A stretch of DNA of 39,759 nucleotides from a virus (IMGVR_UViG_3300025590_000020:1-39759), one strand, 5' to 3'; shown: positions 15,311-25,273, counted from the stretch's first letter. The notes: generated from the sequence alone by a model not told the origin. Numbers and translations are program-made.

Positions 15311-17286
15311 CAACTGATGTAAGAGCACAGGTGGTAACACGCCGCACCTATAACCGCCCTCTCAATGATGAGGGCACAGTATTTGAGACATGGCCGGAAA
15401 CGGTAGGCCGTGTAATCACCCACCAGCAGTGGCTGTGGGAACGTGCCAAAGGTGAAAAGCTTAACCAAGGAGAAGTTGGTGAGCTTGAAGAGTTCCGTGA
15501 GTTGATGCTTGAGCGTAAGGCTACAACATCTGGACGAACATTATGGCTTGGTGGAACAGGTGTGGCTAAGAAGCATGAGGCTTCACAGTTCAACTGTAGC
15601 TTCGGGCGTATCGAGACAGTCCATGACGTGGTAGATGCCTTCTGGCTTCTGCTACAGGGATGTGGCGTAGGCTTCGAGCCTGTAGTCGGAACACTTAACG
15701 GCTTCGCTAAGGAGACTGAGATTGAAACATTTCGGTCCACCCGTACAACCAAGGGCCACGAAGGTAACGTAGCTGAGACGAGGACTGTCGGTGACCAGCG
15801 TATCTACAAGCTGTCCATCGGCGATAGCGCAAAAGCTTGGGCCAAGGCTCTTGGGAAACTGATGGCTCTGAAGGAACCTGTAGACAAGATCATCTTAGAC
15901 TACACAGAAATCAGACCAGCGGGTACACGCCTGAAAGGTTACGGCTGGATTTCGTCTGGGGACGACACGCTGCATGTCGCGTTGAGCCGCATCTGCGCAA
16001 TTATGAACAAACGTGCGGGTCAGCTTCTTACCCGTATGGATATTCTAGACCTGCTGAACCACATGGGTACTACGCTATCCTCACGTCGTTCTGCAGAGAT
16101 TGCTGTGATGCCTGTGACTGATATAGAGGTCGATGATTTCATCTCAGCTAAGAAAGATTTCTGGCTGCATGACAATGCTCACCGTCAGCAATCCAACAAC
16201 AGCCTGATGTTCTGGAACAAGCCCACCAAGTGGGAGTTGTCCTACATCTTTGACCGTATGGTCGAGGCTGGTGGTTCTGAGCCGGGGTTTATCAACGCAG
16301 AAGCAGCTAAGAAACGTGCTCCACACTTCAAGGGCGTTAACCCGTGCGCGGAAATCTTGTTAGGAAACAAGAGCTTCTGCAACCTAGTAGAAATTGATTG
16401 GGGTAAATACCTCAACGACTTCCAAGGGTTGAACAAGGCTGTATACCTAGCAGCCCGTGCAAACTACCGGCAGACTTGTGTGAACTTGGATGATGGTATC
16501 TTGCAGCGTTCATGGCATGAGTTGAATGAGTTCCTACGTCTATGCGGTGTAGGTGCTACAGGCATCGTGAAGTTCTTGGACCACAACAAGCACAAGAACA
16601 TCCCAGCGATGCTGCAACAGCTCCGCGCTTCTGCACGAAATGGCGCAAATAAGATTGCTGATGAACTAGGTCTACCGCGACCAAAGCTAGTTACCACAGT
16701 CAAGCCAAGTGGAACCCTGTCAAAGATCATGTCGACTACGGAGGGCGTCCACCGTCCCCTAGGCAAGTACCTGTTCAACAACATCACGTTCTCTAAGCAT
16801 GACCCCATTGTGCCTATCATGCAAAATGCAGGGTACACAGTCATCGAGAAACCTTTTGAGCCCGACAGTGTCTTAATTACGTTTCCTGTAGCCTATGAAG
16901 ACGTTGAGTTTGAGGTTGTTGGTGGTAAAGAGGTTAATCTTGAGACAGCAGTAGAACAGCTAGATCGTTACAAGCTGATGATGGACAACTATGTGGACCA
17001 TAATTGCTCAGTGACGATTAGTTATGATCCAACAGAAATCCCAGCGATTATTGGTTGGATTATGACCAACTGGGATAGCTACGTGGGTGTATCGTTTATC
17101 TACCGTAATGACCCGACCAAAACCGCGGAAGACCTAGGCTATGCTTATCTTCCACAGGAGGTTGTAACAAAAGAATTGTACGACGATTACATGTCTAAAA
17201 TTTCTGAAGTTAGCCTCGATGAAGCAAACTCTTTGGATGAGTTGACCGACGACGAATGCGCCACTGGGGCGTGTCCGATCCGCTAG
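15307..17286 (+). CDS. nrdJ: Class II (adenosylcobalamin-dependent) ribonucleotide reductase
   Basis: FNC, L.G.GVGF, SEPG, NPCAE, TTVKPSGT, C-terminal CATGACPIR; no beta subunit present. Confidence 0.92.
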   Translation: MTTDVRAQVVTRRTYNRPLNDEGTVFETWPETVGRVITHQQWLWERAKGEKLNQGEVGELEEFRELMLERKATTSGRTLWLGGTGVAKKHEASQFNCSFGRIETVHDVVDAFWLLLQGCGVGFEPVVGTLNGFAKETEIETFRSTRTTKGHEGNVAETRTVGDQRIYKLSIGDSAKAWAKALGKLMALKEPVDKIILDYTEIRPAGTRLKGYGWISSGDDTLHVALSRICAIMNKRAGQLLTRMDILDLLNHMGTTLSSRRSAEIAVMPVTDIEVDDFISAKKDFWLHDNAHRQQSNNSLMFWNKPTKWELSYIFDRMVEAGGSEPGFINAEAAKKRAPHFKGVNPCAEILLGNKSFCNLVEIDWGKYLNDFQGLNKAVYLAARANYRQTCVNLDDGILQRSWHELNEFLRLCGVGATGIVKFLDHNKHKNIPAMLQQLRASARNGANKIADELGLPRPKLVTTVKPSGTLSKIMSTTEGVHRPLGKYLFNNITFSKHDPIVPIMQNAGYTVIEKPFEPDSVLITFPVAYEDVEFEVVGGKEVNLETAVEQLDRYKLMMDNYVDHNCSVTISYDPTEIPAIIGWIMTNWDSYVGVSFIYRNDPTKTAEDLGYAYLPQEVVTKELYDDYMSKISEVSLDEANSLDELTDDECATGACPIR

Positions 17287-17302
17287 GGTAACGCTCTGTC
17301 CG

Positions 17303-17319
17303 AATAAAGTACACTATCG
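17303..17319 (+). promoter_or_regulatory. Putative phage RNAP promoter for the structural block
   Basis: AATAAAGTACACTATCG at the replication/structure boundary. Confidence 0.7.
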
Positions 17320-17328
17320 GTGAACCCA

Positions 17329-17502
17329 ATGGAAACAACAGTAATTAATAGTCTCAAACTCAACAATGTTGAGGTTCTCAGGCGTGAATTAATTAGCCTT
17401 TTCCCTGATAAGCTACCACGGACAGAGCTCACGCCTTACCAACTTGGCGTACTCGTAGGACAGCAACAGGTATTAGATAAAATCAACCTACTTTTAAAAT
17501 AA
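17329..17502 (+). CDS. Small hypothetical protein ahead of head genes
   Basis: L...FPD..P...GQQ.V pattern; ATG 17329 (track start 17320). Confidence 0.65.
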   Translation: METTVINSLKLNNVEVLRRELISLFPDKLPRTELTPYQLGVLVGQQQVLDKINLLLK

Positions 17503-17516
17503 AGAGAAACACAAAT

Positions 17517-17750
17517 ATGTGCATGTCTACACCTAAGATGCCAGAAATGAAGGTAACTGCGTCCAAGTCGAAAGCTTCTGCTAAAAATTTGGACCCAAAA
17601 CTTCAACTGGCTGATCCCCAATCTGAAGCCGATATGATCCGTAAGAAAACAAAGGGTAAGCGTGGTCTACGGATTGGCCAAAGCCCAAAATCGGTACAAG
17701 TGGGAACAAGCGGATTGACTAATAAGTCAGTCTCCATCCCAACTAAATAA
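17517..17750 (+). CDS. Small basic virion protein (gp6.7/7.3 position)
   Basis: MC start, KG...LRI motif, directly before the portal gene. Confidence 0.7.
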   Translation: MCMSTPKMPEMKVTASKSKASAKNLDPKLQLADPQSEADMIRKKTKGKRGLRIGQSPKSVQVGTSGLTNKSVSIPTK

Positions 17751-17758
17751 GGAGCTAC

Positions 17759-19327
17759 ATGGTGCATAGTTCCGAATACCAGAGCGTAGCCCAGCGCTAT
17801 GCCCATCTTTCCACATCCAGAGAAAGCTATCTCAGACGGGCTAGGGAGGCAGCAACGCTAACCATCCCGTCTTTGATACCCCCTGAGGGACATAGCGAGT
17901 CAACAGAGTTTGACACACCTTATCAAGCTGTAGGTGCGCGGGGCGTAAACAACCTAGCCTCCAAACTCTTAATGGCTCTTCTCCCTCCTAATGCGCCTTT
18001 CTTCCGGCTGACCATTGATGACTTCGATATTGTTGAAGTTGCGGGCCCAGACGCCCGTGGGGCAGTAGAAGAGGCTTTAGCTCGTATTGAGCGTACAGCA
18101 ATGGGCGAAGTTGAAGCCCTAGCTTTACGTGTTCCAACCTTTGAAATCCTTAAGCATCTTTTAGTAGGTGGCAACGGACTACTTTACATGCCTAAGAAAG
18201 GCTCTGTGAAGTTCTACAGGTTAGATCGTTACGTTGTTAAGCGTGACTACATGGGTAACTTGATGGAAATCATTACCAAAGAGTCCGTCAGTCCTATGAT
18301 GCTTCCAAAAGAAGCCCAAGAAATTTTAGGCGACGACAGCGATACAACAAAGAATGTTGATTTATTTACTTGTGTACAACGCACTGACCGAGGTTGGAAA
18401 ATCCACCAAGAGGTTAAGGGTGAAGTAGTACAAGGTACCGAGGGGACATACCCTGAAGACAAAAACCCGTTTATCCCGTTACGTCTAAACCGTATTGATG
18501 GTGAAGATTACGGACGTGGTTTTGTAGAGGAATACCTAGGTGACCTTCGGAGTTTAGAGCAACTAACACGCGCTATTGTCGAAGGGTCTGCGGCCTCTGC
18601 GAAGGTGCTATTTTTAGTAGCCCCTAATGGTACAACAAAAGCATCTACCCTAGCTAAGTCACCCAATGGTGCCATCGTTACAGGTAGTGCTGCTGATGTA
18701 TCGACTCTGCAAGTGCAGAAAGGAAGTGACTTTGCTGTTGCACTTCAAACAATCCAAATCATTACAGAACGTCTCTCTTTCGCATTCTTACTTAACTCCA
18801 GCGTCCAACGTAACGCGGAACGAGTAACTGCTGAAGAAGTACGCTTTATGGCCCAAGAATTAGAAAGCGCCCTTGGCGGCGTCTATTCCATCTTGAGCCA
18901 AGAGTTTCAGTTACCGTTGGTCAAGCTGTTGCTTAATCGTCTCGCGTCTCAAGGTAAAATGCCTAAGATGCCGAAAGACAGTATTAAGCCTCAGATTGTA
19001 ACAGGCATTGAAGCCCTTGGACGTGGTCAGGATTTAAACCGCCTAGCTCAGTTGTTGAATTACCTTCAGCCGTTAGGTCCTGAGGTTATCCAAAAGTACA
19101 TGAATGTTGATGATTATATTGACCGCCTAGGTGCCTCTTTAGGTATCGACACTGGTGGGCTAATCAAGTCCCCTGAGGAGTTGCAGGCTGAACAACAGCA
19201 AGCACAACAACAACAGCAACAACAGATGATGCAAGCCACAATGGGTAAAATGGCAGAACGTGCCGCCCCTGAGTTGGCAAAACAATCACCTGAGCAACAA
19301 TTACAACAACAGGCACAAGAGCAGTAA
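17759..19327 (+). CDS. Portal / head-tail connector (gp8-like)
   Basis: GARGVNNLASKL, GEDYGRGFVEEYLGDL, ERVTAEE, ALGRGQD. Confidence 0.97.
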   Translation: MVHSSEYQSVAQRYAHLSTSRESYLRRAREAATLTIPSLIPPEGHSESTEFDTPYQAVGARGVNNLASKLLMALLPPNAPFFRLTIDDFDIVEVAGPDARGAVEEALARIERTAMGEVEALALRVPTFEILKHLLVGGNGLLYMPKKGSVKFYRLDRYVVKRDYMGNLMEIITKESVSPMMLPKEAQEILGDDSDTTKNVDLFTCVQRTDRGWKIHQEVKGEVVQGTEGTYPEDKNPFIPLRLNRIDGEDYGRGFVEEYLGDLRSLEQLTRAIVEGSAASAKVLFLVAPNGTTKASTLAKSPNGAIVTGSAADVSTLQVQKGSDFAVALQTIQIITERLSFAFLLNSSVQRNAERVTAEEVRFMAQELESALGGVYSILSQEFQLPLVKLLLNRLASQGKMPKMPKDSIKPQIVTGIEALGRGQDLNRLAQLLNYLQPLGPEVIQKYMNVDDYIDRLGASLGIDTGGLIKSPEELQAEQQQAQQQQQQQMMQATMGKMAERAAPELAKQSPEQQLQQQAQEQ

Positions 19328-20088
19328 TGGTAGAAAAAGTTAACACTTACGAAGCACCTAAGGCTGAAGACCCAGCTTATATTGATGAGATGGTTAAGAA
19401 GACCGAAGGTGCTACTGCCGAAGCCGATGAAATTTCTCAGGAGGACCGCCCAGAGTGGCTTCCTGAGAAATTTCAATCAGCCGAGGACCTAGCTAAAGCT
19501 TACTCAGAGTTAGAAAGTAAGCTTGGAACAACCCCAGAAGAGACGTCTGAAGTCGAGAATGTAGAAGAAGCAGCCCGTGAAGTTGTTGAAAATGCAGGCA
19601 TGGACTTTGAAGCAATGTCTAGTGAATTTTGGGAAAACCAAACTCTTTCCGATGATACTTATGACAAGTTAAACAATGCTGGCATTCCTAGTCACATTGT
19701 TGATGCGTTTATTGACGGACAGATGGCCGTAGCAGACAAGGCTCGAAACGACGCTTTTGCCACTGTAGGCGGCGAACAGAACTATAACGAAATGGTAGAG
19801 TGGGCCGTTAACAACCTAAACGAACAGGAAGTTAGTGCTTACAACGCTGCCGTTGAAAGTGGTGACCCGAATGCTACAAAACTAGCAATTTCTGGTTTAA
19901 ACGCTCAGTACCGTATGGATAATGGTCAAGAACCTAACTTGATTTCTGGTGAGGCTAAAGCAGCATCCTCTGGGTCCTATCAATCCGTAGCCGAACTCAC
20001 AGCGGCTATGTCGGACCCAAGGTACCAACGGGATTCTGCGTATCGTAAGGTAGTTTCAGATAAACTATCCCGATCTTCAGTTCTCTAA
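19327..20088 (+). CDS. Capsid scaffolding protein (gp9-like)
   Basis: RPEWLPEKF, AYSELE.KLG, GGE..Y..M..WA, AMSDPRY. Confidence 0.94.
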   Translation: MVEKVNTYEAPKAEDPAYIDEMVKKTEGATAEADEISQEDRPEWLPEKFQSAEDLAKAYSELESKLGTTPEETSEVENVEEAAREVVENAGMDFEAMSSEFWENQTLSDDTYDKLNNAGIPSHIVDAFIDGQMAVADKARNDAFATVGGEQNYNEMVEWAVNNLNEQEVSAYNAAVESGDPNATKLAISGLNAQYRMDNGQEPNLISGEAKAASSGSYQSVAELTAAMSDPRYQRDSAYRKVVSDKLSRSSVL

Positions 20089-20097
20089 GTGCCAAGC

Positions 20098-20112
20098 GTT
20101 TACACTGTAAAC
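20098..20112. promoter_or_regulatory. Palindrome family A, copy 6
   Basis: GTTTACAcTGTAAAC (extends to 8-1-8) between scaffold and capsid genes. Confidence 0.8.
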
Positions 20113-20245
20113 GTAACTTATCTAAAAAGCTAAACACTAAACTAGTAATTATGGCCCCTTGCGAGGGACAACCCTAGTGAATGTGACTGTGTGGTGCTGA
20201 TTAGGAAAAATCTCTAAATCAACATCATATTGAAGGGCCTAACTA

Positions 20246-21259
20246 ATGGCATTCCCAACAGATCAGACCGTATCACGTATCGGTCAAAAGAACGGTGCAG
20301 GCGATGCACGTTCCCTATTCCTAAAATTGTATGCAGGCGAAGTGCTTACAGCGTTTGAAGAGAAAAACATCTTCATGGCGTTGCACCGCGTCCGCTCTAT
20401 CTCTAACGGCAAGTCCGCTCAATTCCCAATGACTGGTACCGCCAGCGCAAAGTACCACACTCCCGGTGCTTTGATCGAAGGTGACATCATCAAGAAAGGT
20501 GAGCGTACTGTAACTGTTGACGATCTACTGATCTCTACACAGTTTATTGCAAACATCGACGAGGCTATGACGCATTTTGACGTCCGTAGCATCTACTCTT
20601 CTGAAGCTGGCCAAGCGCTTGCTAACGCTGCCGATAAGAACGTAGCTCGTATGGTTGCTAAAGCCGCTATGATCACTGACGGTGCTTCTGCTGCCGCTGC
20701 TGGTCTCGAAACATTCGACGGTGAAGTCTTCACAAGCAACGTAGCAGTAGCCAACGCGGCTGCTTCCGGTAACGATATTGTTGCTGCGATCTACGGTGCA
20801 CTCGAAGAGTTTGACAAAAAGGACATCACAGGCGAGAAAGTTTGCGTCTTGGGTCCACAAGAATACTACAAATTGTTCGGCGCTGGCCAAGCAGTAGGTA
20901 ACCTTGGTTACATGAACCGCGATATTGGCGGTACAGGCTCCATTGCTACTGCAACAGTACCAGTAATTGGTGGTGTGCGTATCTTGATGTCTAACCACTT
21001 GCCATCAGGCGATGAGTCAGTAACTTCAGCAACACCAGAGCCTTTGTCACGTCCTACACAGTACAAAGGTGATTACTCTACACTTAAAGGTGTAATCTTC
21101 TCAGGTGACGCAGCAGCTACTGTTAAGTTGATGGACCTAGGTGTTGAATCTGAATACCAGATTGATCGTCAAGGTACTTTGATGGTTGCTAAATATGCAA
21201 TGGGACACAACATTTTGCGTCCAGCATGTGCAGTCGCTTTGACAGCGGCAGTAGTCTAA
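20246..21259 (+). CDS. Major capsid protein (gp10-like)
   Basis: LFLK.Y.GEVLTAF, GKSAQFP..G, VDDLL, KYAMGH..LRP. Confidence 0.97.
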   Translation: MAFPTDQTVSRIGQKNGAGDARSLFLKLYAGEVLTAFEEKNIFMALHRVRSISNGKSAQFPMTGTASAKYHTPGALIEGDIIKKGERTVTVDDLLISTQFIANIDEAMTHFDVRSIYSSEAGQALANAADKNVARMVAKAAMITDGASAAAAGLETFDGEVFTSNVAVANAAASGNDIVAAIYGALEEFDKKDITGEKVCVLGPQEYYKLFGAGQAVGNLGYMNRDIGGTGSIATATVPVIGGVRILMSNHLPSGDESVTSATPEPLSRPTQYKGDYSTLKGVIFSGDAAATVKLMDLGVESEYQIDRQGTLMVAKYAMGHNILRPACAVALTAAVV

Positions 21260-21267
21260 ATATTATT

Positions 21268-21304
21268 GGGGGGCTCCTTAGGGGGGCCTCCCTTTTTTTC
21301 TTTT
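21268..21304 (+). terminator. Terminator after capsid gene (T-phi position)
   Basis: G/C-rich hairpin followed by a T run. Confidence 0.85.
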
Positions 21305-21315
21305 AAGGATACAAC

Positions 21316-21891
21316 ATGACTCCGACATCCAAACTAGAAGCGGTAAATGTGATGCTGTCCTCTATTGGTGAAGCCCCTGTTAACTCTTTGTCGTCTGGAT
21401 TGTTGGACGCTGAGCTTGCTGAGACAATTCTCAACAACGCGAACAGGGAGGTTCAATCAAAAGGCTGGCATTTTAACACTGAAAATGGCTACCCATTAAC
21501 CCCTGATAACGTAACCAAACAGATTGCTTTACCCACAAACACCCTTGGTGTGGACGGTGACGTACAGTCTACACAACTTGATATAGCCCAGCGCAGCGGT
21601 AAGCTTTACAACCGCGTAGGACATACATTTACATTTGATAACGCGGTTAAAGTGACGATCATCCTTCTACTGGATTTCGAGGATATTCCAGAGGTCGCAC
21701 GTCGCTACATTGCCTTACGGGCAGCCCGTGTTTTTCAAGATCGCACTATCGGTTCATCCGAGCTCCACGGCTTCCAACAACGTGATGAAATGGAAGCTAA
21801 GCTAGAGCTAGATGAACAAGAAAATCGTGACGCTGATTACAACATTTTTAATGGCGTTGACACTTATAGCATCATTAACCGTAGGGGATAA
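21316..21891 (+). CDS. Tail tubular protein A (gp11-like)
   Basis: LEAVN.ML.SIGE.PV, QSKGW.FN.E, F...PE..R.YI. Confidence 0.95.
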   Translation: MTPTSKLEAVNVMLSSIGEAPVNSLSSGLLDAELAETILNNANREVQSKGWHFNTENGYPLTPDNVTKQIALPTNTLGVDGDVQSTQLDIAQRSGKLYNRVGHTFTFDNAVKVTIILLLDFEDIPEVARRYIALRAARVFQDRTIGSSELHGFQQRDEMEAKLELDEQENRDADYNIFNGVDTYSIINRRG

Positions 21892-21893
21892 GA

Positions 21894-24218
21894 ATGGCTC
21901 TAATTTCAGGCGCGATCCCTAACGTAATTAATGGGGTATCGCAGCAGCCTCCTAGCTTAAGGCTGAATACACAGGCCCAGCGCCAAGTTAACGGCGTATC
22001 CAGTGTAGTTAAGGGTCTCTATAAAAGACCACCCACCGAACACGTTGCTTTACTGAGCTCATTTACTAGTAACTCTTTTATTCATACCGTCAGGCTTTTA
22101 AGCGCCGAAAACATTTTAGAGACCTATTTTGTTATTGTGGCTCCTACAGGTATCCAAGTGATTAATGAGAACGGAGAGCCTCAGACAGTTACCGCTGACA
22201 ACATTGAATACCTTACAGGTACTACAAATGCCTCAGAAGACTTTGGCGCTACTAGTGTAGCAGATTACACTTTTCTCGTTAATAAAAAGAAAAAGGTAAA
22301 AGTAGGTTCAACACGTAGTGCCCCCTTAAAACAAGAGGGCATGATCTTTGTTAAGCAAGGTGATTACAGTTCAGACTACTCTGTAACTATTGCATTTGCA
22401 GGTACAGACTATACCGCAACTTACAGCACACGGAACAGCTCAGATGTCCTGCACGAGCCTGATGTCAAAACCACAAACATTGCATCCCGCTTAAAAACAG
22501 CCCTTGAGGGCGCAGTACCCGAAGGGTTCACCTTTGAGCTCCTTGATAACATTATTTATGTGTTTCGAGAAGATAATGCCGTGTTTAGTCTCGACGCTAC
22601 GGACTCCTTTGGTGACTCGCACATCACAGGTATTAAAGGCGTTGTAAGCGATCTAAAGAGCCTACCTGCACAGGGTAAACTAGGTTTCCGAGTACGCATT
22701 AATGGTGACAATACAAAGGGTCAGGATGATTACTTTGTTGAGCTACAGCAGCCCGAAGACGGTTCTGACTTTGTTTGGAAAGAATGCGTAGGCTTCGACG
22801 TCCTATTAGACTTCGATGCTGAAACTTTACCTCACCAGTTAATTCGAAACGGTGACGGTACTTTTACTTTTGAGCCTGTAACGTGGACACTAAGAAACTC
22901 TGGGGACGATGAGACAAACCCGTACCCGTCTTTTGCCAACTACGATGCTACAGATTACCCTCTTGGGCGATATACAATTAACGACGTGTTCTTTTACAAA
23001 GACCGCTTGTGTTTCTTATCGGATGAAAACTTAATCTCCAGCCAAACTGGATCTTACTTTAATTTCTTTCAGACCACTGTTCTAACACTACTAGATGATG
23101 GTGTTGTAGATATTGCGGTGACCAACAACACAGTAAGTATCCTGAAACATGGGGTACCTTTTGACGAGAGTATTATCCTGTTCTCAGACCTTGCACAGTT
23201 TAAGGTTTTAAACGCGGATATTTTCTCACCAGCGACGGTATCAGCTTCGGTTACCACGAACTTCGAGGCTTCGTTGAGGGCCAAACCTGCCTCTGCCGGA
23301 AAGTACGTGTTCTTTCCCTTCTTACGGGGCTCTTGGGCAGGCCTACGGGAATACTTTGTAGATAGCGATAACGATACTAACGATGCTTCAGATATTACAT
23401 CTCACGTTCCTAATTTTATTGACGGGGAAGTAACACAGCTTCTGGCTTCGTCTAACTTAGACATGTTGTTTGCAACTGCGCAGAGTTACCCAGACCGTAT
23501 ATACACCTATAGCTACTACTGGAGCGCAGGTGAAAAGCTTCAATCTGCTTGGAATTACTGGACCATAGGCGCTCCGGTTGTTCACATGTCAGTAGAAAAC
23601 ACAACGCTTTACCTCTTGGTGGAACGTGCTGAAGGTGTCTGCTTGGAGACTGTTAACCTAAGCGTTGATACAGCGGTCACAGGTGGCTTGACGTACCCAG
23701 TGCTTATTGACCGTCGCATTGAGGTTACAGCAGTAGATCAGGTGTTGCCTTACACTGGTTACGTCCTTTGTACTAACGATGGGCGACAGGTGACTGAGGC
23801 CGAAGCTGTTCTAACGGCTAGTCTGAACGCCAAAGTTTATGCAGGCTTTAAATATAACTTCGAATACGAGTTTTCACCTATTGTTATGAAGGCCAACGAC
23901 AAGCCTATAACTACGGGTCGCTTACAGCTCAAACGCTTCAATCTGGTTTTTAGTGATACAGGAGCCTACAACTTAACGGTACGGCGAAAATCCCCAAATC
24001 AAGAGTTAAACTTTGTAGAATACAGAGCTTCTAACGATCTTGGATCGTCACTGGTTACTGGGCAGTCAAAATTAGAAACAGGAAACTTTCAAGTCGGTAT
24101 TCAATCTGAAGCCTCTAACACAAGTATCCTGATCACCTCGACATCCTTTCTACCCGTGGTTCTTCAATCTGCTGAATGGGAGGCTGTCTTCCACATCAGA
24201 TCAAGGAGATTAGATTGA
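21894..24218 (+). CDS. Tail tubular protein B / nozzle (gp12-like)
   Basis: IPN..NGVSQQP, G..KRPP, GDD.TNP.PSF, DITSHVP, QSAW, GRLQL. Confidence 0.95.
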   Translation: MALISGAIPNVINGVSQQPPSLRLNTQAQRQVNGVSSVVKGLYKRPPTEHVALLSSFTSNSFIHTVRLLSAENILETYFVIVAPTGIQVINENGEPQTVTADNIEYLTGTTNASEDFGATSVADYTFLVNKKKKVKVGSTRSAPLKQEGMIFVKQGDYSSDYSVTIAFAGTDYTATYSTRNSSDVLHEPDVKTTNIASRLKTALEGAVPEGFTFELLDNIIYVFREDNAVFSLDATDSFGDSHITGIKGVVSDLKSLPAQGKLGFRVRINGDNTKGQDDYFVELQQPEDGSDFVWKECVGFDVLLDFDAETLPHQLIRNGDGTFTFEPVTWTLRNSGDDETNPYPSFANYDATDYPLGRYTINDVFFYKDRLCFLSDENLISSQTGSYFNFFQTTVLTLLDDGVVDIAVTNNTVSILKHGVPFDESIILFSDLAQFKVLNADIFSPATVSASVTTNFEASLRAKPASAGKYVFFPFLRGSWAGLREYFVDSDNDTNDASDITSHVPNFIDGEVTQLLASSNLDMLFATAQSYPDRIYTYSYYWSAGEKLQSAWNYWTIGAPVVHMSVENTTLYLLVERAEGVCLETVNLSVDTAVTGGLTYPVLIDRRIEVTAVDQVLPYTGYVLCTNDGRQVTEAEAVLTASLNAKVYAGFKYNFEYEFSPIVMKANDKPITTGRLQLKRFNLVFSDTGAYNLTVRRKSPNQELNFVEYRASNDLGSSLVTGQSKLETGNFQVGIQSEASNTSILITSTSFLPVVLQSAEWEAVFHIRSRRLD

Positions 24219-24664
24219 TCGAGTTTAAACACTCAACAGTAGAACATTGTTTCGAACTTGCCCCCAATATGCGAGAAACAGATGCAAAAGAAGTTTTAGC
24301 TTCGAATGGTTTAGACCCTCTGAGCGCCTTAATTGCTTCTATTAAAAACTCCCGCAAGCCTGAGACTATTTATGCCAATGGTAAAATGGTGGGCATGAGG
24401 GGCGTAGGTCACGCAGGGACTGTTGGCTACCCTTGGCTTTTAGGGACACCTGAAATGGTGTCTTTTGCAAAATCGCTACACGCGACAGCAAAGCCTTGGG
24501 TAGACAACTACCTTCTCGAATACCCCCTCCTTTATAATTACGTTTCAGAGGATAATCGCGCTGCCATTCTTTGGCTTAAGCGTCTTGGTTTCGTGATGAT
24601 CCGTTACGTCCCAGATTACGGGGTAATGAAGAAACCCTTTTATGAATTTGTTAGGATAAAATAA
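24215..24664 (+). CDS. Internal virion protein A (gp13-like, GNAT-like fold)
   Basis: MR..D..E, PWLLGT, LYNYV...N..AI.WL..LGF; AAGGAG RBS before TTG 24215. Confidence 0.85.
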   Translation: MIEFKHSTVEHCFELAPNMRETDAKEVLASNGLDPLSALIASIKNSRKPETIYANGKMVGMRGVGHAGTVGYPWLLGTPEMVSFAKSLHATAKPWVDNYLLEYPLLYNYVSEDNRAAILWLKRLGFVMIRYVPDYGVMKKPFYEFVRIK

Positions 24665-25273
24665 ATGTGTGTAGTCATGTTAGGCGCAGCATTGGCTCCT
24701 GCTTTAGGTATCACCCTTGGCACAGGAGCCGCAGCATCAGCAGCAGCCTTAAACTTAGGTATGGCTGCTATTAGTACAGGGATTGGGGTTGGTTCTGCCG
24801 CTCTATCCCACAGAAACGCATCAATTCAAGCACAACAACAGGCCCGTCAAAACGATATTAACGCCCAAAGCGCTATTAAAAGTCAGGATGAACAGTTCCG
24901 TCAATTAAACACACGTGTGATGGAAGAGGCAGGGGCGGCTGTAGATGATAGGGTTGACAGTCTGCTACAGGCAGCACGTATTAAATCCCGCATGAGAGCA
25001 TCCGCTGGCGAAGCGGGTATCTCAGGAATGGGCCTTGATCACATGCTTCGTGACGTACACCGCACGGAAGCCCGTAACATCTCTCAAATCAATAGAAATC
25101 AAGACGCTATACGCGCTCAGGCAACTTTTGACGGCATGGGTGTTAAAGCAGCGACTGAAAGTCGAATTAGCAGTCAACCGATGGTCGAGCGTCCTAGCCT
25201 ACTAGCTACAGGACTCGCAATCGGTGGTTCTGCCGTAGGCGGGTATAACCAATATTCGCAATACACCACATAA
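24665..25273 (+). CDS. Internal virion / ejection protein B (gp14-like)
   Basis: Position; Ala/Gly hydrophobic N-terminus; GEAGISG motif. Confidence 0.8.
   Translation: MCVVMLGAALAPALGITLGTGAAASAAALNLGMAAISTGIGVGSAALSHRNASIQAQQQARQNDINAQSAIKSQDEQFRQLNTRVMEEAGAAVDDRVDSLLQAARIKSRMRASAGEAGISGMGLDHMLRDVHRTEARNISQINRNQDAIRAQATFDGMGVKAATESRISSQPMVERPSLLATGLAIGGSAVGGYNQYSQYTT

Noticed and set aside
19191-19325. Poly-Gln/CAA tract at the portal C-terminus
   Set aside because: Gln-rich tails are common in T7-like portals
21200-21315. T7 10B-style capsid frameshift extension
   Set aside because: A terminator follows the stop and the next gene starts at 21316, leaving no room for an extension
21739-21752. 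CACTATCG inside tail tubular A as a phage promoter
   Set aside because: Lacks the upstream AATAAA of the three good copies
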